Source: an uncultured Candidatus Saccharibacteria bacterium
GTDB taxonomy: Bacteria; Patescibacteriota; Minisyncoccia; Phycocordibacterales; UBA1006
NCBI GenBank assembly: GCA_964507625.1
Contig: CAZDPR010000003.1
Span: 15,101 to 79,100 of the forward strand
Reading direction: 5' to 3'
Length of the DNA: 64,000 nt
This document shows positions 8,297-18,390 of the stretch, one piece after another (within the stretch, counting starts at the first letter, position 1; each line of letters begins with the position of its first letter). The notes beneath the pieces are model-generated. The model saw only the letters and a list, made by a program, of their open reading frames with translations. It ran no database searches and was not told the origin of the DNA. A program made the position numbers and the translations under genes.

Positions 8297-8617
8297 TTAT
8301 TGAGGGAAAACGTCATCGATTCCCCCACCATTGGTGAGATTCGTAAATCCTGCTTGTGTTAATAATTGTTGTGCTGCCCCGGATCGCGCACCAGAACGGC
8401 AATACAGACAGATTGACGCGTCTTTGGGAACATCAGGCAATTGTCCTGCCATGATATTTTCTAGTGGGAAATTTATTGCATCAGGATGATGTCGTTCAGC
8501 AAATTCTGCCGGAGTTCGTACGTCGATATAGATCATATACATCAAGTATACCACAAATACATAAAAAGGCCCGAGCATTGCTGCACGGACCATAAACGTA
8601 AAGCCGTCCGAAAACAC
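8297..8617 (-). CDS. Rhodanese-domain (sulfurtransferase) protein with N-terminal TM anchor
   Basis: Active-site loop CRSGARS; DVRTPAEFAERHHPDAINFP. Confidence 0.75.
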   Translation of the reverse strand: MFSDGFTFMVRAAMLGPFYVFVVYLMYMIYIDVRTPAEFAERHHPDAINFPLENIMAGQLPDVPKDASICLYCRSGARSGAAQQLLTQAGFTNLTNGGGIDDVFPQ

Positions 8618-8736
8618 ACAAACACTTGGACTACTTCACACACTGTTTATTCTACCATATTGTACATATTTTGCAATATTTTACAGAGGTATTGACTTTT
8701 TTAATTAATTTGGTAATATAGATAAAAAAACAAAAG

Positions 8737-9051
8737 ATGATTGTAGTTTTCGCACACATTGGTGTAGGTATAGTAGAGCCACCAAGTGTTCTGATAACAC
8801 ACTTGGCCCAAATTCATGATGATATCCCCGTTATTCTTGTGGGGATAGAGAAACAAGAAATAGCCCAAGAAAAAATAGATTTCATTTTTCAAATTACTCC
8901 ATTCGTGGAACTATTTGAAAATGAGATAATAATAAGAAAATCTTCGATTCGAACCCGACACCTGGAAATAAAAACCATTTTTTCAGGTTCCCTTGCCGGA
9001 TACGACTTCCGCAGGTTTTCTAAAATTAAAGCCTCCTTAAGACCACCTTAA
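8737..9051 (+). CDS. Hypothetical protein (104 aa), low confidence
   Basis: Sits between a candidate promoter (TTGACT at about 8693) and a strong terminator at 9034-9062. Could instead be a non-coding transcript. Confidence 0.3.
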   Translation: MIVVFAHIGVGIVEPPSVLITHLAQIHDDIPVILVGIEKQEIAQEKIDFIFQITPFVELFENEIIIRKSSIRTRHLEIKTIFSGSLAGYDFRRFSKIKASLRPP

Positions 9052-9062
9052 GGATTTTTTTT
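9034..9062 (+). terminator. Rho-independent terminator (TCCTTAAG-accac-CTTAAGGA + T8)
   Basis: Perfect 8-bp stem followed by tttttttt. Confidence 0.75.
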
Positions 9063-9175
9063 ATACAAAAAAACTCCTACATTACTGTAGGAGCATATAC
9101 AAACAAGAGACGAAAGGAAATTTTCAATAACTATATCAAAATCTCAAAAAAATGCAAGGGGTAACAATTAATGTA

Positions 9176-9679
9176 TTATTCGCAAGAAATTTTAGTATAT
9201 ACCCGATCAGTTTTTGTGCCACTAGTAGCATCAGGAATGAGCAGGTTTCCAATTTCCAATAATGGATATACATGTTTTGTTATGGTTTCTTCAGAAAGAT
9301 TATAAAGCTCCTGTTCTTTTCCTGGAGCTCCTTCAATGATATACGAGAAAATAACAACAGCTTCAGTTCCTGAAATTGTTCCTGATAATGTTCCTTGGTA
9401 TCCATTGGTCATATCTGGACCTGATTGAGTTCCTGTTTTTGATCCTTCAAATTCTGTTTCGGTTCGTTTAGTGACCGTAATAGTTTCAGTAACAGCATAT
9501 GGTTCAGATTCTGTTGGAGTGGCTATATATCGATAACACAACGGGTTAGAAAGTGGTTCAGAAACGAGAGTGGTTAGGTTTGAATCATCGGAATGATCGT
9601 ATCGATTCAAAACACGCATAATGAGTAATGATGCTAATAAAAGGATGAAAAATGCTATGGGAATAATTATTTTTTTCAT
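9176..9679 (-). CDS. Secreted/membrane-anchored Thr/Ser/Gly-rich hypothetical protein
   Basis: MKKIIIPIAFFILLLASLLI signal/anchor, then low-complexity T/S/G-rich sequence. Confidence 0.5.
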   Translation of the reverse strand: MKKIIIPIAFFILLLASLLIMRVLNRYDHSDDSNLTTLVSEPLSNPLCYRYIATPTESEPYAVTETITVTKRTETEFEGSKTGTQSGPDMTNGYQGTLSGTISGTEAVVIFSYIIEGAPGKEQELYNLSEETITKHVYPLLEIGNLLIPDATSGTKTDRVYTKISCE

Positions 9680-9751
9680 AGTCCAAGTATACCATAATCG
9701 ACACATTGACAAAACATTAAAAATTGTGTATATTTTAAAAAACAATGATCT

Positions 9752-10123
9752 ATGAAAATTCATATGAACAGGATTTGGCTAAAAATTAACATTACCAACT
9801 CTTCATTCATTACTGTTCATATATGGGATAGTGAGAATGAACAACAGTTGTGTAGAAGTTTTTCAGACAAACTGGAGGGATTGAAAGCAAGTTTTCAATT
9901 ATTCTTTTTTGCAGAAACAATTTCCGCAGAAGAATTTTCTTTTCTGATTGAAAAAATACTCTTCCACGCAGAAATTCCTGAAACAACAGCAGGACAACAA
10001 GACTTACAAGATTATTTACTAGTTATTAATTGTCTTGCAGAAGGAAAAATAATAAATGCAACACAGAGGGTGAGATTTCGAAATAAAATACGAAATATTC
10101 AATTCCAAAATAAAACGCCGTGA
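9752..10123 (+). CDS. Hypothetical protein (123 aa)
   Basis: Consensus promoter TTGACA(9706-9711)-17-TATATT(9729-9734); terminator 10115-10138. Confidence 0.45.
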   Translation: MKIHMNRIWLKINITNSSFITVHIWDSENEQQLCRSFSDKLEGLKASFQLFFFAETISAEEFSFLIEKILFHAEIPETTAGQQDLQDYLLVINCLAEGKIINATQRVRFRNKIRNIQFQNKTP

Positions 10124-10135
10124 AAACGGCATTTT

Positions 10136-10597
10136 TTATTGAATAGCAATAATGCTGTAGCGAACTTCACCACGGGGTGTGGTCATTAAAAATTCATCTC
10201 CTACCTTTTTACCAAACATAGCAGATCCCATAGGTGAACTGGTAGAAATTTTTCCCTGGAGAATATCGGCTTCGGTTTCAGATACAATCATAAATGTTTT
10301 TTCAGTATCTTCTCCTTGTTTTTTTACTATGACGGTTGCACCTAATTCGACTATCCCTGAATCAGTTCTCTGAATAATTTCTGCTCGTTTCAAAATATCT
10401 TCGATTTCCATAATGCGTGATTCGTTTTTTCCTTGCTCATTGCGTGCTGCATGATATTCTGCATTTTCAGATAAATCTCCGAGAGCTCGTGCAGTAGCTA
10501 CCCGTTCCCCAATTGCATCCCGTAAAGTTGTTTTACGCTCAAAAAGCTCGGTTTCGAGTTCGGTCTTTTTTTCAAGTGTGATAAATTCTTTTTCCAT
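10136..10597 (-). CDS. greA: Transcription elongation factor GreA
   Basis: N-terminal coiled coil plus C-terminal FKBP-like domain; start at MEKEFITLEKK. Confidence 0.85.
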   Translation of the reverse strand: MEKEFITLEKKTELETELFERKTTLRDAIGERVATARALGDLSENAEYHAARNEQGKNESRIMEIEDILKRAEIIQRTDSGIVELGATVIVKKQGEDTEKTFMIVSETEADILQGKISTSSPMGSAMFGKKVGDEFLMTTPRGEVRYSIIAIQ

Positions 10598-10708
10598 AGA
10601 GATTATTATCCTATCATATTTTGGTAAATAAAAAAAGAAGCACAAAATTTTTTGTCAAGAAAAAGCCCTACCGTAACGGGGGCTTGAATTAAAAAAATAA
10701 GGATATTT

Positions 10709-12427
10709 TTAGGGATTTTTGAAAAAATCAGGATCATTATTCTGTATCCAATCTAATACTGTTCGCATGGTTCGCGACGCCCCTGTTTCGTTCGTTGATG
10801 GTGCAGTATCCATCATAACTACAAATGCATAGGTTGGATTTTCTGCTGGAAAAAATCCGGTAGTCCATGAATTCATAAATTGATTCCCTCGCCCAACCTG
10901 TGCAGTTCCTGTTTTTGCAGCTACTGACACATACGGAACATTTAATACCTGTGCCGTTCCTCTGGTTACAGTTTCGCGCATAGCGTTTCTGATAATTTGG
11001 TAATTTTTTTCATCAATTCCTGTTACATAGCTAATTTGATTTTCTTGAATTCCCTCTTGATCTAATTGTATGTGAGGAGTGATTAATTTCCCGCTCGTTG
11101 CAATACCACCCACGGCACGTAATAGTTGAAGCATAGATACCTGAAAACCAAACTGCCCAATTGCCGAGTTATAGGTATCTCCCTGTCGCCAGGCACCATC
11201 TTGAAAAGTCTTTAATTTCCATTCTGGCGATGGAATAATTCCCTGTTTATCATTTTCAAGTTCAAACCCGGTCGGCGAACCAAGCCCAAATCGCACCAAA
11301 TAATCATTAATACGAGAAATACCTAATGCTTGTTGATTCCCCAAACCTCCTCCAATCGCATAAAAAAAGGTGTTTACTGATTCGGCAATAGCCGTGTAGA
11401 CATTCGTCGGTCCATGCCCTTCGCGTTTCCAGTCTCGGAATACTTGTGGATTTTCTGGATCCCACCGGTTTGGAATTTCTACTCTCCCTGAACTGAAAAT
11501 AGTCGTTTGCGGGGTGATAACCCCTTCCTGAAGTGCTGCGAGTGCGATGTAAGGTTTTACAGTAGAACCAGGGGTATATAATCCGGAAATAGCTCGATTT
11601 AAATATACCTTGCGAGAATCGTTTGCATACCCACGAATCGTTGCTGTATCTTTTCCTTCAGCGAGGACATTAGCATCGAATTCTGGATAACTGGTCATCG
11701 CAATTAATTCACCTGTTTGCACATTCATGATTAATCCAGCCCCTCCTTGAAACTTACTGGATTCTGCTAAATCTTTAATGGCGTTATATAACGCTGATTG
11801 AATTCCTGAATGAATAGTAGTTGAAAGATTCTTCCCTGGTTCTGAAGGAATCATCATATTTTCTGCAGTAATATTACCGAGCGCATCAACCTCTACTACT
11901 TTACTCCCATTATTCCCTGAAAGATATTCTGAAAATACTTTTTCAATACCTACTTTCCCTTCAATATTTTGTCGCCAGAAAAACCCCGCTTTATCACGAG
12001 TCGGATATCCCACATACCCTAATAGATGACCATACCCACCGCCTTCTTTGTAAGCACGATGGAGAAATGGTTCCCCGTTTGGCGCAGGAATATTCCAAGC
12101 TAATGGGATACCATTACGGTCAAAAACTACCCCACGTTCTGCAAAAATGGGAATTTTTTGTAATCGATTATTTTCTGATAGTGCAAAAAATTTTGCACCC
12201 TGAACAATTTGTACCTGATAGAGCCGAGCAATAAAGGTTATAAACACAACAACAACAACACCAATAAAAATTGACACGGCGCGTTTACTAATTGACTGTT
12301 CGATTACACCTTCGAATTGTTGAGTATTAAATCCAGGCCTATTTTGTGCATCGAGCAACACTTGATCAGGATCAATAAAAGAGTGGGTAATTTTTTTAGG
12401 TCGACGCCCAAAAAGTCTCAATATCAT
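10709..12427 (-). CDS. mrdA: Class B penicillin-binding protein (PBP2/MrdA-like transpeptidase)
   Basis: Contains STVKP (SxxK) and KTGTAQ motifs, with an N-terminal TM anchor. Confidence 0.8.
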   Translation of the reverse strand: MILRLFGRRPKKITHSFIDPDQVLLDAQNRPGFNTQQFEGVIEQSISKRAVSIFIGVVVVVFITFIARLYQVQIVQGAKFFALSENNRLQKIPIFAERGVVFDRNGIPLAWNIPAPNGEPFLHRAYKEGGGYGHLLGYVGYPTRDKAGFFWRQNIEGKVGIEKVFSEYLSGNNGSKVVEVDALGNITAENMMIPSEPGKNLSTTIHSGIQSALYNAIKDLAESSKFQGGAGLIMNVQTGELIAMTSYPEFDANVLAEGKDTATIRGYANDSRKVYLNRAISGLYTPGSTVKPYIALAALQEGVITPQTTIFSSGRVEIPNRWDPENPQVFRDWKREGHGPTNVYTAIAESVNTFFYAIGGGLGNQQALGISRINDYLVRFGLGSPTGFELENDKQGIIPSPEWKLKTFQDGAWRQGDTYNSAIGQFGFQVSMLQLLRAVGGIATSGKLITPHIQLDQEGIQENQISYVTGIDEKNYQIIRNAMRETVTRGTAQVLNVPYVSVAAKTGTAQVGRGNQFMNSWTTGFFPAENPTYAFVVMMDTAPSTNETGASRTMRTVLDWIQNNDPDFFKNP

Positions 12428-12442
12428 ATGTATTACTATATC

Positions 12443-12721
12443 TTATTTTAACCAATCAGTCGAACGGAAATAAGTATGAAAAACAAAACCACATCCATAA
12501 AGTAATATCATTATCATGGTATGAAGTATATGGGTATACCAATGATCTCCAGAAAAACCAAACGCTCCGTCCATAATAATACCCACCGCAATAATTTCAA
12601 AAAACCTTGGAAATAAAAGTATCCCAACAACCACAAAAATCCCTACCCCCCACCAAGGAAATAGGAATGGTGTCATGCAAAGCCATGCGCTATATACGAA
12701 TCGTTTCCATGAATAATCCAT
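12443..12721 (-). CDS. Small polytopic membrane protein (possible MreD-like elongasome component)
   Basis: Three TM segments; lies immediately upstream of the PBP2 gene. Confidence 0.3.
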   Translation of the reverse strand: MDYSWKRFVYSAWLCMTPFLFPWWGVGIFVVVGILLFPRFFEIIAVGIIMDGAFGFSGDHWYTHILHTMIMILLYGCGFVFHTYFRSTDWLK

Positions 12722-12729
12722 ATTTGATG

Positions 12730-13263
12730 TTAAAAATCTGATGTTCTACGATAATCAATAATTTTTTCATAGATCGTTCTCAAAATATTATAAATTAATA
12801 TTCCAAAAACAAGGTAAAACAACCACGGAGTACTAAAAATATACACAAACACTGAAAGGACAAAAATGTATACTTTTAAAAGAAAAATAGAACCATCAAA
12901 ATCATCACCCATTCCCTGGATGACTGTCGTCTGTTGTTCTGCGAGTACCTGATCAGAGCGCGATAAAATTTCAGCATCCATTTTTTCTTCACGCAGAGCA
13001 ACTTCTTTTTCTTTCTGTTCCTGAACATTTTTCCAGATTATTTCCTGCTCACTCCGCCATGTATCAGTAACCGTAATCATACGATTAAAAAACAAAACCA
13101 CTCCATCCATAGGAGATTTTTTTGTTTCATTTATTAATGGAGCACTACTCGATGCATCCAAGGTAGAGGAAACAGAAATGGTAGATGACTGAGCAAAAGA
13201 AATAAACGGAACAATAATAAACCCAAGAACTCCTCCGATAACGAAATTTTTGATGATTTTCAT
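12730..13263 (-). CDS. Membrane protein with coiled-coil segment (177 aa)
   Basis: N-terminal signal/TM, an EQKEKEVALREEK coiled coil, C-terminal TM helices. Confidence 0.35.
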   Translation of the reverse strand: MKIIKNFVIGGVLGFIIVPFISFAQSSTISVSSTLDASSSAPLINETKKSPMDGVVLFFNRMITVTDTWRSEQEIIWKNVQEQKEKEVALREEKMDAEILSRSDQVLAEQQTTVIQGMGDDFDGSIFLLKVYIFVLSVFVYIFSTPWLFYLVFGILIYNILRTIYEKIIDYRRTSDF

Positions 13264-13289
13264 AGTACTTCTATTGTAGTACAGATAAT

Positions 13290-13360
13290 GCTACCCGACA
13301 AGGACTCGAACCTCGATTAACAGGACCAAAACCTGCTGTCCTACCATTAGACGATCGGGT
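13290..13360 (-). tRNA. trnQ: tRNA-Gln (anticodon UUG)
   Basis: Acceptor stem TACCCGA/TCGGGTA with a U1:A72 pair. Anticodon stem GCAGG/CCTGT, loop TTTTGGT. T-arm CGAGG-TTCGAGT-CCTTG. Confidence 0.8.
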
Positions 13361-13385
13361 AAAAGAATAACCCTTGTAAAAAGGA

Positions 13386-14429
13386 TTATTTCACGTTTGT
13401 AGTATTACTTAAAATCTCAATAATTGCAAGTTCAAGAGGGATTTCTGGAAAAGTCGACTGACCTGTTTCTTGGTATACCCCGATCAGTTTCCGTAAAAAA
13501 TCTGGAGAACCAATAAAGGAAAGTTGGTATTTTTGCATGAGCACTATCTCATCATTTGAAAATTGATTCTTTTCTTTTTCCCATAACACAGGCGCATGCT
13601 GCATAAACAACACTAAACGAACTGTATGAATGAGTTTTTCCAAAAAATCACTCATTCCTTTTTCATAACTCTGTGCAACAGATTGCACCAGAGTGAATAA
13701 TTTTTCTTGATTTTTTTGGTCAAGGAGTTCCAGGAAATCAAAGACCATATGATCAAACGACCTCAAGCCAATTTTTTCAATATCAGATTCGAGAATGGTT
13801 GTACCTGATGATTGTTCAAGTATTTGTTCGAGTAGTACCAAAGCATCACGAAAAGAACCCTGTGCACGATTTGCTATAACCATCGCAAGATCATGGGAAA
13901 GTTTTTTTCCTTCCTGATCGGCAATGTCAATAATTTGATCTACTAAAATTTCTTTGGTTGGCCTATCTAACTGTATTACCTGACATCGTGATAATACGGT
14001 TGGAATAATTTTATGCAATTCGGTAGTGGCCATAAAAAACAATACATGCGCTGGTGGTTCTTCTAAAATTTTAAGAAAGGCATTCCAAGCACTTTTTGAA
14101 AGCATGTGCACTTCATCTAAAATATAAATTTTATATTGCGAACTGAGTGGTAAAGTAAGCGAATCTTCTCGGAGCTGTCGAATTTCATCAACTCCATTGT
14201 ATGATGCAGCATCAATTTCATAAATATCATGTGAGTGTACACCAATTTCTTTTGCAAAAATACGAGCCAAGGTTGTTTTCCCAGTTCCGCGCCCACCAGT
14301 AAAAATAAGAGCATGAGGGATTTTTTGTGACACTACTAATGATTGTAAATATTGAACGACTGATTTCTGACCCTTTACCTGATCAAAGGTCTGAGGGCGA
14401 TATTTTCGATAGAGTGCAATATGTGTCAT
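13386..14429 (-). CDS. dnaX: DNA polymerase III subunit gamma/tau (short form)
   Basis: Walker A GGRGTGKTTLARIFAKE; DEVHMLS; start at MTHIALYRKYRPQTF. Confidence 0.85.
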   Translation of the reverse strand: MTHIALYRKYRPQTFDQVKGQKSVVQYLQSLVVSQKIPHALIFTGGRGTGKTTLARIFAKEIGVHSHDIYEIDAASYNGVDEIRQLREDSLTLPLSSQYKIYILDEVHMLSKSAWNAFLKILEEPPAHVLFFMATTELHKIIPTVLSRCQVIQLDRPTKEILVDQIIDIADQEGKKLSHDLAMVIANRAQGSFRDALVLLEQILEQSSGTTILESDIEKIGLRSFDHMVFDFLELLDQKNQEKLFTLVQSVAQSYEKGMSDFLEKLIHTVRLVLFMQHAPVLWEKEKNQFSNDEIVLMQKYQLSFIGSPDFLRKLIGVYQETGQSTFPEIPLELAIIEILSNTTNVK

Positions 14430-14592
14430 ATCTATGCAGTATACCAAATTTTGGATAATAAAAAACCCCTGAAAATTCAGGTGGTAAATTGAAGTACTTG
14501 TCATAATTATACCGGTATGAGTACCTTCTCTTGCAAAGGAAAAGCTTTTTTACTTGCCATACCTCTAAATGTCAATTAAAAACACACCAGTA

Positions 14593-15678
14593 TTACTGAT
14601 GTGTTTTTAGGAAGCTTGTAACAATATCCCGCACTTCACCTAATGACTGACTGTTCATTAATTGAATACGCAAATCTTTTGCTCCAGAAAACCCGGTTGC
14701 ATACGCCTTGTAATGTTTTTTCATTACAGCAAAATTTTTATGTTGCCCCAATAATTGCACAAATAATTCAGTATGTTCAATCATTACTGCAAGTTTTTCT
14801 GAAAGTGATATATCTGCAATAGTGTACCGTTTATCTCCTAATATTTTTTTGGACCAAGCATTGGGTAATAATCGTAATAGAATATTTTGTTTCCAAGTCC
14901 CTCTTTTTTTAATAGCGATTTGTTTATTAAAAATCCAAGGATTACCAAACACTGCGCGCCCAATCATGATACCGTCGCATCCAGTTGCGGTTATTTTTTG
15001 CATTCCATCATCACAATCTGCTACATCACCGTTCCCAATAATAATTGTATCTGGTGCAATAATATTCCTGAGTGCAACTATTTGGGTAATATAATCCCAA
15101 TTTGCAGGAACCTGCGATAAATCTTTACGCGTACGCGCATGAACCGTTAACGCTGGTAATTGTTGTTCTAACAACAACTTGATCCAGGTATCAATTTCTG
15201 AACTATAATACCCTACCCGAGTTTTTACCGAAACAGGAATTTTTTTACATCCTGAATTTTGCACTGCGTCATCTACTCCTTGTCGTGCAGCTTGGATAAT
15301 CGCAATTGCTTTTTCTGGAGTTTTAATCATCGCAGATCCACACCCCTGTTTTTCAATCGTTTTATCAGGACACCCCATATTAATATCAATACCATCAAAC
15401 CCCAATTCAGTAACTAACGCACATGCTTTGCGCATATTTTCTGGATTACTAGAAAATAATTGGGCAACAATTGGTCGTTCCAATTCAGAATACTCTAAAT
15501 CTTTCAAGAGTTTTTCTCGTCCCAACGGATGACATAATCCATCAGCAGAAACAAATTCAGTCCAGGTGACATCTGGCTTCCCATATTTTGCAATAATCTG
15601 ACGAAAAGCAGCATCGGTTACATCTGCCATTGGTGCAAGTGCAAAAAAAGGTTTTGAGAGATTGTTCCAAAAATTCAT
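14593..15678 (-). CDS. dus: tRNA-dihydrouridine synthase
   Basis: FALAPMADVTDAAFRQI; TIM-barrel Dus family with a C-terminal extension. Confidence 0.8.
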   Translation of the reverse strand: MNFWNNLSKPFFALAPMADVTDAAFRQIIAKYGKPDVTWTEFVSADGLCHPLGREKLLKDLEYSELERPIVAQLFSSNPENMRKACALVTELGFDGIDINMGCPDKTIEKQGCGSAMIKTPEKAIAIIQAARQGVDDAVQNSGCKKIPVSVKTRVGYYSSEIDTWIKLLLEQQLPALTVHARTRKDLSQVPANWDYITQIVALRNIIAPDTIIIGNGDVADCDDGMQKITATGCDGIMIGRAVFGNPWIFNKQIAIKKRGTWKQNILLRLLPNAWSKKILGDKRYTIADISLSEKLAVMIEHTELFVQLLGQHKNFAVMKKHYKAYATGFSGAKDLRIQLMNSQSLGEVRDIVTSFLKTHQ

Positions 15679-15711
15679 ATCCCTACATTACCTGATATAT
15701 TATTTTTGTAA

Positions 15712-15741
15712 ACAAAAAACCATACGTGTATGGTTTTTTAT
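15712..15741 (-). terminator. Bidirectional rho-independent terminator (AACCATAC/GTATGGTT)
   Basis: aaaaaaccatacgtgtatggtttttt, with A/T runs on both sides. Confidence 0.7.
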
Positions 15742-16664
15742 TCTTCACTCATTATTTCTGTATGAGTAGCTTGTTCTGATAATTCAGAAACTTTTTCTAA
15801 AGATTTTTCCTTTCCACTAAATTTATAAAATATTTTTCCAGGAAATCGTAAGTCAATATATTCTAAAGCTTTTGGTTGTTGTCGGTATTGTTTTTGAAAT
15901 ACCTCGTGCTCAAGACCAGTGGTTACATCCCGTAAAAATATTACATCATCCTGGGATAAAGTTCCTAAAAGCGCAACATTTTTTTGAGGATACAGAGTAA
16001 ATAATCGATCAATAATAAATGCAACGTCTTCGTATTCCAAAAACTCTACGCGAGAAATAATAATATTTTCACTCTGTAAATTTTTAAACAGTGCATCAAA
16101 TCGATACATTAATTCTGGTTCAATAATTTTTTTACCAATAAATTCTGAAAATTGTTTTTCTTGTCGTGAAGAAAATATTGTATATACCCCATCCGAAAAT
16201 CGTGGAGACGCACCATACAAAACCCCTGTTCGATCAATGAACCCGCAGATAGTTTCATTAAAACACCAAACTGCTTCTGGGGACCGTTCTCGAACAGTAA
16301 TGCCAATTGTATGAGGGTTCACAAAAGAAACATATACTAAATCTACAATCGGAAATCTGGATTGAATATTTTTTTGTAATTGCTTTTTAGAAAAAAATAA
16401 AGAACTAGAACGAGGAATAACACCCAGAATAGTTCCTTTTAAATACTCTTCAATAAACGAAACTAATTCTTGTTCAGGAAATGTTTTTACACCAGCTACA
16501 CGAACTTCATCTATTTGAATAGTATCTTGACGGGCAATCATAATAATAACCACAATGAGTGTTAGAAATACCAATGAGCTCAAAAACAGCCATAGCCCAA
16601 AACTTCTCCGTGATGCGCGGAGTGGTGGTTGATGTGTATGCTGTTGTGGAACAGGAGTATCCAT
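15738..16664 (-). CDS. ftsQ: FtsQ/DivIB-like cell-division protein (TM + POTRA-like)
   Basis: N-terminal TM, then IQIDEVRVAGVKTFPEQEL, a POTRA-like segment. Confidence 0.4.
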   Translation of the reverse strand: MDTPVPQQHTHQPPLRASRRSFGLWLFLSSLVFLTLIVVIIMIARQDTIQIDEVRVAGVKTFPEQELVSFIEEYLKGTILGVIPRSSSLFFSKKQLQKNIQSRFPIVDLVYVSFVNPHTIGITVRERSPEAVWCFNETICGFIDRTGVLYGASPRFSDGVYTIFSSRQEKQFSEFIGKKIIEPELMYRFDALFKNLQSENIIISRVEFLEYEDVAFIIDRLFTLYPQKNVALLGTLSQDDVIFLRDVTTGLEHEVFQKQYRQQPKALEYIDLRFPGKIFYKFSGKEKSLEKVSELSEQATHTEIMSEE

Positions 16665-16666
16665 AG

Positions 16667-17953
16667 TTATTCAGAAATTGTTTCTGTTATTGGTTTTCCA
16701 ATAGTTGTTTTCCCATCCATATATTTTTGTAATACGGTTGGAATTTTGATCGTTCCGTCTGATTGTTGATAGTTTTCCAAAATACATGCCACAATTCGCG
16801 GAGTTGCAACAGCGGTATTATTTAATGAATGCACGAATCGTAATTTGCCAGATGCATCACGGTAACGAATGTTTAATCGCCGTGTTTGGAAATCATGGAA
16901 ATAGGATGCACTATGGGTTTCTCGGTAACAGTTTTGTGACGGCATCCAAACTTCGATATCGTATTTTTTTACTTGCCCTTGTCCCAAATCCCCACCACAG
17001 TTTACCACTACATGATATGGAAGTTCTAATGCTTGCAATAACTCCTCGACGTTTTCGGTAATTGCCTCATGATGCTCTACTGATGTTGTGTGTGATGCTT
17101 CACAGAGTACTACTTGTTCCAGTTTAAAAAATTCATGCACACGAATCAATCCTTTCGTATCTTTACTATGACTCCCTGCTTCACGTCGGAAACATGGTGA
17201 AAACGCAGCTATTTTGACTGGTAATTGTGATGCTTCCAAAATTTCATCACTATAGTATGACATGGTTGCAACTTCCCCAGTTCCTGCGAGATAATCATCA
17301 TCCTGTGTTTTATATAAATCATCTTCACCCCCTGGTAAATACCCAGTCCCCATGAGTGTTTTTTTATTCACTAATGACGGCACAATCATCGGAGTAAACC
17401 CTTTTGCAATTAATTTTTCATTAAATAATTGCCATAATGCCATTTCAATTTGCACAGCTTCATTTTTTAAAAAATACCCTCGGAATCCGGCAACTTTTGC
17501 ACCTCGTTCAAAATCTGCCAAATCATGCATTTCACATAACTCAATATGATTTTTAGGATTTGGAATCGTTGGTTTTGTCCCCCAATCACGGATTTCTACA
17601 TTTCCTGTATCATCATCACCTTCAGGAACTGATATGTCGGGAACGTTGGGCACACGTAACATTAATTTTTGCCACTCTGTCATCACCTCTTTTAATTCTT
17701 CCTCGTGTTTTTTGAGATCTTCTTTCAGTACTGACATTTGTGCAATGAGTGTCGATTTTTCATCTGGGGTAGCTGACGGAATTTTATCAGAAACAATGTT
17801 CTGTTCTGCGCGCAGTGTTTCTACCACTGATAGTTTTTCAATTCTTTTTTGGTCAACAGATACCAATTCATCCACATTAAAATCAATGTGTTTTTTACGA
17901 GCTGCTTCCTTGATCAAATCCGGATTTTCCCGGATAAATTTAATATCCAACAT
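16667..17953 (-). CDS. serS: Seryl-tRNA synthetase
   Basis: N-terminal coiled-coil arm plus class II core. A TATAAT -10 lies 7 nt upstream of the ATG. Confidence 0.9.
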   Translation of the reverse strand: MLDIKFIRENPDLIKEAARKKHIDFNVDELVSVDQKRIEKLSVVETLRAEQNIVSDKIPSATPDEKSTLIAQMSVLKEDLKKHEEELKEVMTEWQKLMLRVPNVPDISVPEGDDDTGNVEIRDWGTKPTIPNPKNHIELCEMHDLADFERGAKVAGFRGYFLKNEAVQIEMALWQLFNEKLIAKGFTPMIVPSLVNKKTLMGTGYLPGGEDDLYKTQDDDYLAGTGEVATMSYYSDEILEASQLPVKIAAFSPCFRREAGSHSKDTKGLIRVHEFFKLEQVVLCEASHTTSVEHHEAITENVEELLQALELPYHVVVNCGGDLGQGQVKKYDIEVWMPSQNCYRETHSASYFHDFQTRRLNIRYRDASGKLRFVHSLNNTAVATPRIVACILENYQQSDGTIKIPTVLQKYMDGKTTIGKPITETISE

Positions 17954-18151
17954 ATAGCCGTGATTATAGCACTGTCAGGGTAAAAAATAAAGAAAAAAAA
18001 ACACCTCCCACTTCTTTTTACAGAAATGAGAGGCAATGCTGCTGTTTTTTGATCAATTACTGAATTTCATACTCATACCAAGTAAAGTGATTTTGTATAA
18101 ATATAGCATAAATAAAAAATAATGCAAGTTTTTTAAAAAAGTAATAAACTA

Positions 18152-18340
18152 TTATTTTACAATATTTTTTGGGCTTTCTGGGGACTTAAGTAAACCATTT
18201 TCAAATTGAGAATAATGATACCAAAAACCATTTATCTCTAATAATTCAGCTCCGCAATGGATACATAAGGTAATACCTCTAGAACCTTCTCTCGCCTCAC
18301 AAGTTGAATCCCAACACTCGGGTTTTTCGTCGTTGAACAT
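18152..18340 (-). CDS. Small Cys-rich zinc-ribbon protein (62 aa)
   Basis: C9, C14, C26 and C29 form a C-x4-C...C-x2-C arrangement. Confidence 0.35.
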   Translation of the reverse strand: MFNDEKPECWDSTCEAREGSRGITLCIHCGAELLEINGFWYHYSQFENGLLKSPESPKNIVK

Positions 18341-18390
18341 ATAGGTATATTTTTGTACAGTTTAACAATTATGATAAAATAATCAAACCT

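Noticed and set aside
8701-8892. 63-aa minus-strand ORF opposite 8737-9051
   Set aside because: Tyr/Phe/Asn-rich composition typical of AT-rich noise. The plus-strand unit has a promoter and terminator; even that is called with low confidence.
8940-9010. tRNA/tmRNA-like string GGGTTCGAATCG (minus-strand sense) near 8950-8975
   Set aside because: The flanks do not form a T-stem or acceptor stem. No cloverleaf or tmRNA 5'/3' pairing could be built.
14117-14314. 65-aa ORF antisense within dnaX
   Set aside because: Embedded antisense in a conserved gene.
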